From positions 8,370,001-8,434,000 of the forward strand of contig NC_058382.1 in NCBI RefSeq assembly GCF_018350175.1: 64,000 nt of DNA, in the 5' to 3' direction. The position numbers and the translations under genes were made by a program. This DNA comes from Felis catus (Eukaryota). Positions within the stretch are counted from its first letter, which is position 1. Each line of letters starts with the position of its first letter. The notes under the pieces are model-generated. The model made no database searches. It was not told the origin of the DNA and saw only the letters and a list, made by a program, of their open reading frames with translations. Shown here in pieces: positions 32,801 to 53,258 of the stretch.

Positions 32801-34127
32801 CCCAAACGCATTTGCGGCCCGACTCAGGGAGGCGGAGAGGAAAGGAGCACCCTCCCGGCGCTTGGATCTGGAAGTGGCCTCAGCATCGGGGAGAAGGGCT
32901 GGTCTGGAGAAAGGAGCAGGGGCAGGATCTGCCTGCGGGCCAGGGACCTAGAAATAGTCCGGGTTCAACCCCAAAGGGGCAGGGCTGGAAGTCAGAGATG
33001 GAGTAAGAGGGCGGGGACAGGTCCTAGCAGGAGGGGGCACAACTCAGGGGGCGGAGAAAGAACTCCGGGTGTGGGTGGGGACAGAACTCAGACGGACAGA
33101 TTCCAGGGGAAAGGGGCAAAAATTAGGGCAGGGACAGATGTCTGGGGAGGGGACCGAACTCAGGGAGCGGGTAGAGAACTCGGGGGAGTGGGGACAGAAC
33201 TCAAAGGGCGGGTTAGATTCCAGGCTGGGAGGGAATTATGGGGGTCGCAACTGGGAACTGGCATATAACCGTCAGGGGTTAGGAAACAGAGGATGCAGAA
33301 ACCATGAGGGGCATGCGCCCCAGAGGGAAATAGAGATGGAAGGGGGTAGAATTTTGAAAAGGAAAGACGGAAACAGGTGGATGGAAGTCCAGAGGGAAGA
33401 AACTGGGTGTGGGGGAAGAACAAGAGGGGACAATGGGTGGATCGAAATGGGGAGTTGGAATTCAGGGGGAAAGAATTCTCTGAATGAGAAAGCACCCTCT
33501 GAATGAGGAAGTCGGAGCTGAGGGACGACGCGGGATGGGGGTGGAATTCGGGAGGCGGGATGTGGAATTGGAAGGCACAGAAACTCGGGGGATAGGGCTG
33601 GAGAATGAAACGTAGAAGATGGAACCGTAGGGGGCGAAAGCGCCAGGACGAAATTAGGGCGAACTAAAAAGGAGAGGGAAACCTCAGGTGGGCAAGAGAA
33701 CTCGGGAGGAGAGAAAAGAGATAGAAGGAGCTGGGGGGAGGATGGAAACGGAGGGGGGGAGTAACTCCGGGAAGGGATAGAATTGGGGCGACGCAACCCG
33801 GAGGAGTGAGTTCAGAACCCAGAGGCGTGGTCTTGGAGTGAAAGGGGCAGGCGGAAAGGAGCCGGAGGGCTGCGGGAGGGGGCGGGACTAGAACACAAGA
33901 GGCGTGGTCTATCGAGGGTGGGCGGGGCATCGCCACCGCCCGCCCCGCCCCCGACGCTGAGTCCACTGACAGCCCCTAGGCAGCCGGCACACGCAGCCTC
34001 CTTCCCCCCGAGCGGAGCTGCGGGGCCGGCCGGGCCGGGGCGGACCCCGGGAACCCGGACGCGGCCGCCCGGGCCCGCGGGCGGGGGGATCGGCGGGGGG
34101 GGGGGACCGGCGGCAGGGGCAGCCACC

Positions 34128-43366
<9,239 letters not shown>

Positions 43367-44456
43367 CCATGTGCCTCCCACTGAATGGCAGTTTCCAGGA
43401 CCTCCATTCCACACGTCACTGGCCGGAGTGACTGTCAAGGAACCCCAGTCCTCTCTGTCCTGCTGCAGGCCTAAGAAGCACTCGCCCTCTTCCCCAGTGC
43501 TGTCAAATCCTCTTCCCCTCCCAATTGCCTCTCAGGGGTAGTGAAGCTGCAGACTGGCAGTTTCAAGGATACCCAAATTCCCCTAAAGGTTTCCTTCTCC
43601 ACTTGTTCTGCCTCAGTGGTTTCAAATCTCTCCTTTCAGGGCTTTATTTGAATGGACAGTTCAATCTTTGACTCTCTCTTGTGGTTTTGAGGCACCCTCC
43701 CCACCACCTTCTCTTGAACCCCTGGGACTCTCTCGGGTTAAGCCCTGAGATTACTCAGCCTTCCTCTCCTTTCGGAAAAACTGAAGATCTTCCTCTAGAA
43801 GTTCCCAACCTCTCCCGGTTCCATTTTGCATTTTCCAGGTTGGGTTAACCAGTCGCCCATCCCCGCCATTCTAGGGATTGATTCTCACCAGCGTTTCTGA
43901 GGGAAAATGGCGGTTTCAAGCCCCCCTCCCCCCTTCACCCCCTCCCTCCACCAGCAGGTTCTGCTGAAGCACCAAATTCCCCAAGACCTCCCTAGCTTAG
44001 CACAATGTCTAGGGAAACAAGATGGCGGTTTTAACACTATGCCTCTCTCCACCCCCATGCACTTTTTCTGACACGTTTTCAGGTCTAAATAGTGGCTGCT
44101 CAAGTCCATCCACTCAACGGTGTGAAGCCACCATCACTGAACTTCCCCATGGTGGTTTCAAGATGCCCCTCTTCCCCCAGTTCCTTGCACTTTATTCTCC
44201 TGGGTGGTTTCAAACTACCCTCATTTTCTCAGTGGCCATTTGTTGTGTCCCTCAGGGGCTAAATGACTCAGAACCTGGGATCCTTCCCCTCTCAGACTCC
44301 CCTCTTTCGGCTTAGAATTTGGGGAACCTATGCAGGAGAAGTCACAGAATCCCAGGAAACGGAATGGGGCTGGGGGAGAGGGGTGTTTTTCCCCGGAGCA
44401 GGGTTGTGTCTTTGTGTCTGTCTCTGTGACTGTGAATCCTGCCCTGCCCCACTCCC

Positions 44457-44462
44457 AATAAA
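44457..44462 (+). terminator. SLC17A7 polyA signal AATAAA
   Basis: Ends a ~1.1-kb 3'UTR. Confidence 0.8.
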
Positions 44463-44792
44463 ATGCTTTGGTGTTCACACTCAGTCGTCCTTGGCCTTGG
44501 CAGTCACAGGAGTCTGGGCCCCCAGCTCCCTCCTCTCTCAGACCCGGTATCCTAGGGTCCCAGCCCCCTCCTCTCCCAGGACTCAGGCCAGAGCACGTGT
44601 CTAGCTTTGGGAACAGTCGATTTATTCGGCCGCACTCAAGACGGTGTTCTCCGGTCACAGCGAAAGCTTCTCTGTGGGTGGGACTTCCTATCCAGGAGGA
44701 CTACTAGGTAGCAAAGCATGCCAGGAGGTCAGGACCTCTGGGTCCTTCCTCGGCCTGGGGATGGCGCAGGTCTGGCGGGACGCGAGCGGGGC

Positions 44793-45310
44793 TCACACGA
44801 AGTTGTTGGGGAGCGTGGCGGGGGAGAGCGGCTCCAGGCTCTGGGGGCGCCTCCCGCAGGGCGGCGGGGGCAGCTTGGGCGGCAGCGGGGGGGTGGGCGG
44901 CGGCTGTTTGGTGGCGATGTGTGAAGGGACCCAGGCATCCGGCGCGTAAAAGTAGAGGTCGTAGGGGTCCTTCGGGGCTTCCAAATGCATAACTGTGGGA
45001 GCGAAGGGGCGAAGTCATCCCCAGGCAGACAAGGGGCCTGTCCCCTCACTGTGCCGCGGGCCAGTGAGAAGGCGGGAGAGAGGATTACGACTGTTCTTTA
45101 GAACCGGGTTTTCAAGTTAAAGGGCGGGCGCCCCATTCCCCAAATGGAAGAGGAGGCGTGGCATCCGCGTAGCAGGGGCGGGGCCCGCAGTGGGGGGGGG
45201 CGGGGAATGCGGGGCTCCGGCCCCGCCCAGGGAGGGGGAAGAGGCGGGGCTTGTAGGGACCCTTGGCTCCCAGCCCACAGCAATTCCCAGCTGGGCTGGG
45301 GGCGGCGCTG

Positions 45311-45344
<34 letters not shown>

Positions 45345-47046
45345 TTCGGAGAATTGGGGGCAGGATCATGGAGAGGGGTCGGGGCTTCTATGGATCTAGG
45401 ATGGAGGACCTGTACTTTTTGGCAGGCGAAACCAGGTTAAGGGAGCGTGCCTTCGCTGTAAGGGTCGCTCACCCGGTTCATCTCCGTCGTTTGGAAGCCG
45501 GTGATGTGCGAAGGGCCGGTGTCGAGCCGCCCGGCGGTAGAGACACCACAGCAGCAGGAAAATGCCGATCAGCAGGCCGATCCCGGCGAGGAATAGGCAG
45601 AGGGCCCCTCCCGCCGCGCCCCGGGGGCGCCCCACCAGGGTCACGCCTGAAGGACGAGGGGCCAGGAATTGAGCAATCTAAACCCCTAGCCCCCTTCTTC
45701 CTGAGACCCCCCTCTTTCCTCAGTCCCAACATACCCGTCCTCAGCACCCTCCCGCCTTAAACTTAGGAGCCAGGTCCCCAGCCCGACCTCTCCGAGACCC
45801 AGGAGTCCCGGCCTCCAGCCCCTTCTTCCCTCGGACCCAGGAGTCCGGGTCCTGGCCCCTCACCGGTCTCCTCCACTCGTTCCACCACGATGATAGTGTT
45901 GACTCTCTCACCTCGGCTGCGCCGCTGGGGGACCCGCGGAGTGGCAGGGGCCAACTGACTGGGGGACCCTGGAGGAGCAGGGGGGCCCGCAATCCGGGCT
46001 GAGGGAAGAAGGGCGTCGGGCCCTTTAGGGCTAGAGTCCTGGGAGGCCTTCAACTCAACTGTTCCAGGAGACTCTGAGGTGGGCAATTTAAGGGAGTCAG
46101 GCTGGGTGACTGCAGGGGTTTCTGCTTTGGGATTCAGGGGCAGCTCATTTAGGGCAGCTGTTGCTTCGTCCTTGAAAGGTGTAGTGGTTTCTGAGTGAAG
46201 ACTGGCGGAGATCTCAGGGTCCGAGGTCATGGGGTTGTCTGTTGCATCTTGGTAGTGGGTTGTGGGGGATTCTGTCTGGGGAATTTCAGTGGGGTTGGGG
46301 TTGCTGGTTACATGGGATTCTGGGTGGGGGCTTTCAGTAGAGTCAGGATACAGGGTCTGGAGGAATTCAGAGTGGGGGGTTTCAGTGGTGTCAGGGTTTG
46401 GGGCTTCTGGAGTTTTGGGGTGAAGGCTCTTGGTGGGGTCAGGATTTGGCGTCTCAGGGACTTCTGCACGTGAGACTTCGATGGAGTTAAGTTTGGGAAT
46501 CGCTGGGGATTCTTGGTGTGGAGTTTGTGTAGGGTCAGGGTTTGGGGTTTCAGGAAATTCTGGGTGTGAAGTTTTGGAGGGACTAGGTTTGAGGGTCTCA
46601 GGAGATTCTGGGTGTGGGATATCAGTTGGGTCAGGTTTGGGGGCCGCAGAAGGTTCTGGATGTGTTATTTTGGAGGGGTTAATTTGGGGGGTCTCCAGGG
46701 AGTCTGATATTGAGGTATTGAGTGAGTTAGATGTAGGAGTCTCAGGAGACTCTGGGTGTGGGCTCTCTTGGAGGTCATGGTTGGGAGTCTCAGGGAAGTC
46801 AGGGCGGGAGGGTTCAGGGGAAACTGCATGAGGTATTTTGGAGGGCTCAGGATAAGTAGCCACGGGGGAATCTGGGTTAGGCTGGTCTCCAGTGGAATTC
46901 TCAGAAGCAGGAGGGGAGGTCTGAGAAGGGTGGCCCATCTCAGGGAGGTCGGAGCCTCTAAGCGGTGAGGCCGAAGGGTCAGCCTTGGAACCCAGCCTGG
47001 CGAGGAGGAAGATGAGGACGAAGAGGATGGGGCAGAGGGATTTCAT
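44793..47046 (-). CDS. GFY: Golgi-associated olfactory signaling regulator (Goofy), 518 aa
   Basis: Exons 47046-45864, 45646-45473 and 44992-44793 sum to 1557 nt. The protein has a signal peptide, a Pro/Ser/Thr/Glu repeat luminal domain, a TM segment ([23 protein letters not shown]) and ends PATLPNNFV*. PolyA signal at 44626-44621; synteny between SLC17A7 and PTH2. Confidence 0.93.
46280..46860 (-). repeat. GFY: ~48-nt (16-aa) coding tandem repeat HPExPETPxPDPTxxP in GFY
   Basis: Visible in the translation of ORF 45763-47046. Confidence 0.8.
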
Positions 47047-47978
47047 GGCTCTGGGAGACGCCTATAGCTGCGGGGAAGCAGGAAGGAAGGGGTTAAAGTT
47101 GGAAGCCTCCTGGGACCCCCCCGCTCCCGCCCCTGCCTGGAGGCCACGCCCACTGGTCCCCAGGTGGGCCGTGATCCCGCCCAGCTCCGCGCCAGGGAAA
47201 GGAGGACCTAACTGCAAAGCCCTGAAGGCTGTGCAGTAGCTCAGGGAGACTGAGGCGCGGGGCTTCTTGGGAGTCGTAGTTAATTTCCTTATGTCTTTCC
47301 CCGAGGCAGGGGGTGGGGGGCAGGGAAATTGGGAAAGAATGACACCTCTCCAAGCCCTCACACCTCCTCAACTTCTATTTCAGAGGATGTAGACCTCCAA
47401 GGAGATGCAGGATCCCTTCCTCTCTGAGGGCTCCAGGGACACCATCAGGGCACAGTTGTTTACGCCAAAGCAGGCTCAGAAGGAATGGCTGGGGGTTGGG
47501 GGCCCGAATGCCTGGATCTGAGGGAGAAGGGAGATTCCTAGGATCTGGGGGAGAAGGTTGCTGGGGGTTCAGACTCCCTGTTTCCAGAGGGTGGAGGGCA
47601 CTGTGGGTCTAAATTCCTGGTTCTTTAGAGAGAAGAGGCCTGAAGGTTCACACGCCTAGAATTTTGAAGGGGGGGGGGAGGCTGGATAACGGGGGAGAAA
47701 GGAAACAGGAGTATCGAACTCTAGGGGACTTGGAACTCGGAGTCCGAGTCTTGGGTCCTCCACAGATAGGCGTGGAGGGTTCTGGATTCCTTAGCCTTCA
47801 AGAGGGGAGAGCTGTGGGGCAGGACTCCTCTAGTCCCTCTGTTTATTGACGATGGAGCTGAGATCCCAGACTCTCAGGACTGGTCTGAGGCAGAGACACC
47901 TAGGTCTGTGCCCAGTGGGAGGTGGAGGCGGCAGATACCTGGATAGGACAGGGTCACTTGGGGCCTGGGGTCTCTTAC

Positions 47979-48160
47979 CTGCTCAGTGGGGTCCAAGATA
48001 ACAGCAGGTGAGCAGAGCTGGATGCAGAGATGGGTGAATGTTGCAGAATGGCTCTGGGCGGGGCAGCAGGAGGTAGGGTCCCAGGGGCGCAGATGACGCA
48101 CCTGACCCCCTCCCTGGGGAGCCTGGGAGCCTGGCGACAGGCTTGTTCTCTTAAAGGGAC
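47979..48160 (-). promoter_or_regulatory. GFY: Putative GFY non-coding exon 1 and promoter with an Olf-1/EBF site
   Basis: Donor CAG|GTAAGA follows 47979. TCCCTGGGGA lies at 48111-48120 and a TATA-like TTTAAG near 48155-48150. Confidence 0.55.
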
Positions 48161-49289
48161 AGAGATAAAGAACATTGTTTCTGGAATGGGGAAGGGAGTT
48201 AGGGACTGGATCATCTATCCGGTGGAGGGATGTAGCCCAACCAAGCTATCTTTTCTTTGAAACCAGGCGTCCAGGCCATCTTGTGTCTCCTACATGCGAA
48301 CCCAAGAGCCTAGGTCCCTGGTGCCCTTTTACTTCAAGACCCAGGAGTCTGGGTCTTCAGGTCCCTCCCCTCAGATCCAGGAATCCAGGTTCCCAGGCCC
48401 CTCCTGCCTGGGAGAACTAGGAGTCCAGGTTCCCATGTCTTGCCATTCAGATACCCAAAGGGCGTCAGCCAACTTCCCAACCTTGGCCTACCTCCCCACT
48501 GTGTAGAAAGCACACTCTTAAGAGCCAGTGTGAGAGGACTGGGCCTTTACAGCACCCCCAAACTCCTCCCCAAGAAGGCTTAAACCGATGCACGGGGTCA
48601 CTCTTGTGTCTTTCCCCTCTTTGCGGTTTTTCTGACTCCTGATTTTGCTCATCATTTTACCAGCCTTCCCCCCCCCCCGCCCCCCCGCCCCATACCCTTT
48701 GCCTTCTTCTGCCTTCCCTTCCCTGCCCTCTATCTCTCACTCTATCTTTCTGGTTCTCTCCCGCCCGGATTCATCTGTGGGCATCCCTGTCCGGGCTGGC
48801 TGTCCTTCCATCTCCTGTCGTTCTCAGAGCCTCCTCCCTCCACCCTCCATCTCTAGCTGGCTCTTTGTCTTCTTCCCTGTTCCCCCTTTCTTTCCTTCTT
48901 CCTCTGTTGCTCCCTTTCCTCCTCTCTGTCCTTTCCTCTGTCACTCTGTCTTTGTCCTTCCATCTCATGGTTACTTCATCTACGTGTCTCTGCTTCTCTC
49001 CATCAGTCCCTCTTCTGTTGCTTTCCCTGTCTCTTTCTCTGTGTCTCTGGCTTCTGCTCTGATGGTCCCTCTGCTGGTCTCTATTTTTATCCCTGTGACA
49101 CACCTCCCGTGTCCACTTCTCTGTCTGTCTGTCTCTCCCCCTCCTGCTTCCCCTCGGGTCCCAGCTCCTGGTCCCAATTAGTTGGTGGCTGCCAAGGCAG
49201 AGGCAGGGCCCCCACTCCTGGCTCCTCATTACCGCTGGCGGCTCCTAATGAGCCTGGTGGAGGGGCTGACCCTGCGCCCCCAGCCCCCT

Positions 49290-49397
49290 GGTCTGCGTCA
49301 CTGCCCGCTGCGGGGGCTGTGGAGGCGATATAAGGGGGCTGAAGCCTCGCTGTCCGAGCCCACTGCGCGGTATCGGGCCCTGCAACCGGGCGCAGGA
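49290..49397 (+). promoter_or_regulatory. PTH2: PTH2 promoter (CRE-like TGCGTCA 49294-49300, TATAA 49329-49333) and probable non-coding exon 1
   Basis: The TATA box is followed by a donor GAG|GTGGGT at 49398 and an acceptor ccacag at 49472, just before the ATG. Confidence 0.65.
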
Positions 49398-49475
49398 GGT
49401 GGGTGGGTGGTGGGGTCCGGGGTTCTGGGCCAGGACGTGGGCCTCACTGAGCTCTTCCGTGTCTTTCCACAGGTG

Positions 49476-50297
49476 ATGGAGACCCGCCAGGTGCCCAGGA
49501 GCCCCCGAGTGCGGCTGCTGCTGCTGCTGATTCTGCTGCTTGTGCCCTGGGGCGACCACACCGCCTCAGGAGTCGCCCTGCCCCCTGCGGGGGTCCTCAG
49601 GTACCTGCGTCGCCCCGACTTCCGACTCCCAGGGAGGGGCGGGGGTTCCGAGAGGTGGGAATAGACCCAAAGAGAAAGGCGCACAGAGACTCTAGAGAGA
49701 GGAGGACAAGAGACTAGGGGTGGAGAGAGGTGGAGTGTGGACAGGGAATCAGCCCGAGAAAGAGATACAAGAAGATTCAGAGAATGGCGTTGGGAGATTT
49801 GAAAGGAGTCCAACAAGCAGCGGCGGATTCGTTGCTTGAGCAAAGTTTACTGGGTTCTCAGTGTGTGCCAGGTCGTGCGCTGAGCGCTGGGGGTGGACAC
49901 ATGCATCAGACTCGGTCTCCGTACTCAGGAAGCTTCGAGCCCGGTGAGCAGAGAGACAGAGACCCACACAGAGAGAGACGGGGGACTGAGGACAGACAGC
50001 GAGCCACTCCACAGGACGGTGCAGGGACAGGGCTTCGAATTAGACCGCGGGGGGCGGGGGTACAGGCGGCGGCTGGCGGGGGCCTGGACCCGCGGTAACC
50101 GCATCTCTTGGTCTCCTGGCAGCCTCCGCCCCCCCGGGCGGGCCCGGGAGGGCCCCGCCACCCCGCTGTCGCGGCGGAGCCTGGCGTTGGCTGACGACGC
50201 GGCCTTCCGGGAGCGCGCGCGGCTGCTGGCCGCCCTCGAGCGCCGCCACTGGCTGAACTCGTACATGCACAAGCTGCTGGTGCTGGACGCGCCCTGA
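49476..50297 (+). CDS. PTH2: Parathyroid hormone 2 / TIP39 precursor, 99 aa
   Basis: Exons 49476-49600 and 50123-50297. The mature peptide SLALADDAAFRERARLLAALERRHWLNSYMHKLLVLDAP (50178-50294) follows an RR cleavage site. AATAAA at 50319-50324. Confidence 0.97.
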
Positions 50298-51299
50298 GCG
50301 CGGTGCCCGCCCAACCTCAATAAAGATCCTCCCGAAAGCCTCGGGTCTGCGCCTCCTTCCTGCGCCCTCCGTGTGCTCGCGCGGGGCCTGGGGGCGGGGC
50401 TTGCGTCGCTGCTCCAGCGGCCCTCTTCCCCGGTTCACTCTCTCTTTGCTCTCCCCACTTTTTTTGTTTGTTTGTTTTTTTATATCATCTTCTAACCACC
50501 CATAGTCCCTCTCCCTCTGGATTTCTGCTCTGCCCTCCCTCCATGCCCCAGCTCTGTCCCCTCCTCTCTGTGCCTCTGTCTCTCCCCACCCACGGGTCTC
50601 TGTCCTCCTCCCTGGGTTTCTGTCCCTTTCTGTTTCCCTCTGAGCCTCTGCCCTCTTCTCTTATCTAGGCCTCTGTCACTCTCTGGGTATCAGTTCGCCT
50701 TCTCTGAGTCTCTGTACTTCTGTCTGTNNNNNNNNNNNNNNNNNNNNNNNNNNNNNNNNNNNNNNNNNNNNNNNNNNNNNNNNNNNNNNNNNNNNNNNNN
50801 NNNNNNNNNNNNNNNNNNNNNNNNNNNNNNNNNNNNNNNNNNNNNNNNNNNNNNNNNCTCCTGGCTTGCTAACCCTTTGCCTCCTCTCTCTACTCTTCTT
50901 TCTGCTTCTAAAACTCTTCCTTCCATTCTAAATCACTTTCTTTTTTCTCTGCCTGATTCCCTCATGTCTTTTCTTTCCTCTGTTGTTTCCGTCTCACCTT
51001 CTTCCAGTTCTCATTTTCTCCTTATTTCCGCTCTCCCATCACCTCCTGACTTCTGTTTGGGCGCAGTGGAAAGATCGGGGGCTCTGGTGTGAAGAGGTAC
51101 CTGCCATTCAAGACCTAGTTCCCCCAAACCTAGCTGTGTGGTATGGGAAGGACCGCTTAATCTCAGCCTTTCCCCCCCTCATCTGAGGATTAATCCAGAT
51201 ACACCATGAGAAAACATCACAGCACCCGCGAAGCAAAGCGCTTTTGTTGGAGACGGGTTTCTGCCTCTCTAGCAGCAGCTTCCCGAAGTTTGTTCAGGG

Positions 51300-51750
51300 T
51301 TTTCTGACTGCGCCCTTCCCGGGAGATCACCAGGGCGCCACGCTGGGGCCGGAGGAGAGAGCAGAGGGTACCAGGCGTGAGGCTCCACAGGCACAGGGTG
51401 CGGGCTCAGGTGAAGCGAAGCAGCAGCCAATCACAATCTGTCTCTGTTTCTATCTCTGTTCCCGTCTCTCTCACCGGCGGCTTGGCCAACCCTTCATCCC
51501 AACCCTCAATGGTAACCATGGCAACCTACTCTTTCAGCTGCACTGAAGGCTCTGAGGCGCGTCCCGGGGGCGCGGCTCGTGCGGACCGCGCGTTGATTGG
51601 CCTACACAAGAGGGCGGGGCTGGGAGCGTGGGCTCGCGGGGAAGGGGGCGGGGCTGGCGCTTGGTAACTGGCAAGCTCTCCTGCAATTTATTTCTGGGAG
51701 GCGGACCGCGCCCTAATTGGCCCTTAGACTGCAGGGGTGGGGCTGCTTCT
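51300..51750. promoter_or_regulatory. Orphan promoter-like element (RFX X-box, CCAAT boxes, GC boxes)
   Basis: GTAACCATGGCAAC at 51512-51525, CCAAT/ATTGG at 51427, 51596 and 51716, and GGGCGGGG boxes; CpG-rich. Confidence 0.6.
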
Positions 51751-53213
51751 CTGATTCAGAAATACTGAATAATGAATGAATAACTATACTCCTCAACACC
51801 AACCCGGGTTGGCCAAATTTCACAAATAAGACTCTAAAAGTCAAGAGTAATTCCCCCAAGTTATCAGCGACAGTAAAGGACAGAAGGGTAACTGGAACCC
51901 AAATCTGTAAAGTCTAGACCTTTCCATAACTCTCATGGAGAAATGGGATTAAAGTTATGTGCAGTTACCATATGCCGGGCACTCCTGTAAATATTGCACC
52001 CGCATTGGCTCTTTGAAACTCACAACCCTGGGAGGAGCCTTACAGGCTTTCGGCTGGAGGGCCTGGTGGTTGGGTCTTGGCCTGCGCTCCTTCCATACCT
52101 TACTTCTTCTCTAGATGTCTTGACTAGCGTTTGAGGCTTTTCATGAAATGGTGCCTGGAAGTCTTCCCCTCTCCCCTCTCTTATCCCCAGGAAATTTCAG
52201 CAATTCCCCCAAATGTCAATCACCATCCACAGGGAATAACACCTACACCCCCATCTCCAGACTGTGGGCTCAAGGCTGAGGGCTCCAGCCACATCTTGGA
52301 ACCCTGACACTCACCCCATCCCACAGGGGCTGGGTGTTCCCCCAAACCCACTCCCCCTCCTGGGTTCCTGTTTTGGAGATGCTTCACTGTCTACCAGTCA
52401 CTGGGTCAGACCCTCGTGCTGTCCTTGCCCTTTCCTTTTTCATCCTCCTTCACAGCCATCAGTCTGTCTCCATCCTTCCCACTCTGCCTCTCTGCCCTTC
52501 CCCTTCTTTCCATCCACATCCCCAGTGCAGCTCAGGCTTCGTCCTCTGCCACCTGGACCACGGCTCTAGCCTTCTCCCCACCTCCTGCCTCCAGCCTCAC
52601 TTCGTATTCATCCCGTGCAGGATCGAAGCTCTGTCCCCCACCCATCATTGATTCTGCCCTTTCCCTGCTCACAGCCCTTTCTTGGGCACTTGGGATGGTG
52701 TTCAAAACCCTTCATGGGCTCTTGCCTCTCTCTCTCTCTCCTCACCACCTCTGTAGCTTCTTTCCTGGCTCCAAATCCCCCCCCCCTTTTTTTTTAAATC
52801 CCAGCAACATAGTGCTTTCTATAGCTCTCTACACACTGAGGCGCTTTCCCACCACCTGGTCTGCACACACACTGTTCCCTCTGCCTGTGACACCTTCGGT
52901 CGGTCCCTGCTCACTGCAACAAACCTTACTCATCTTTCAAGACTTACACACAGATGCCACCTAACTGGGACAAACTCTCTATCCTCCTGGGAGGGCGTAA
53001 GTGCATTTTGTGGGCTCACATGGAACCTACCGTTACCTCTATCACTATCTGCCTTTAAATAGGGGTGACTCTGACCCTCCCTTGCTCAGAACTCTCCTCA
53101 TGAAGCCTCTGCAGTGCTGAAACTGTTCTATATCTTGACCCAGATTTTGCTTTCATGGGTGTTTACATATGCAAAAATTCATGCACCTGAGACTTTAAGA
53201 TTTTGTCCATTTA

Positions 53214-53258
53214 TCTGTATGGTTCCAACTTTAGTATATGTGCTGCCGAAGAGAGCAC
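53214..53258 (-). pseudogene. 3'-truncated U6 snRNA retrocopy (U6 nt 1-45)
   Basis: The minus strand reads GTGCTCTCTTCGGCAGCACATATACTAAAGTTGGAACCATACAGA, 3 mismatches to the U6 5' end. TSD GTCCATTTAT at 53205-53214 and 53259-53268. Confidence 0.9.

Noticed and set aside
48645-49229. Hydrophobic 178-aa and Arg-rich 152-aa ORFs
   Set aside because: Products of a polypyrimidine/polypurine tract.
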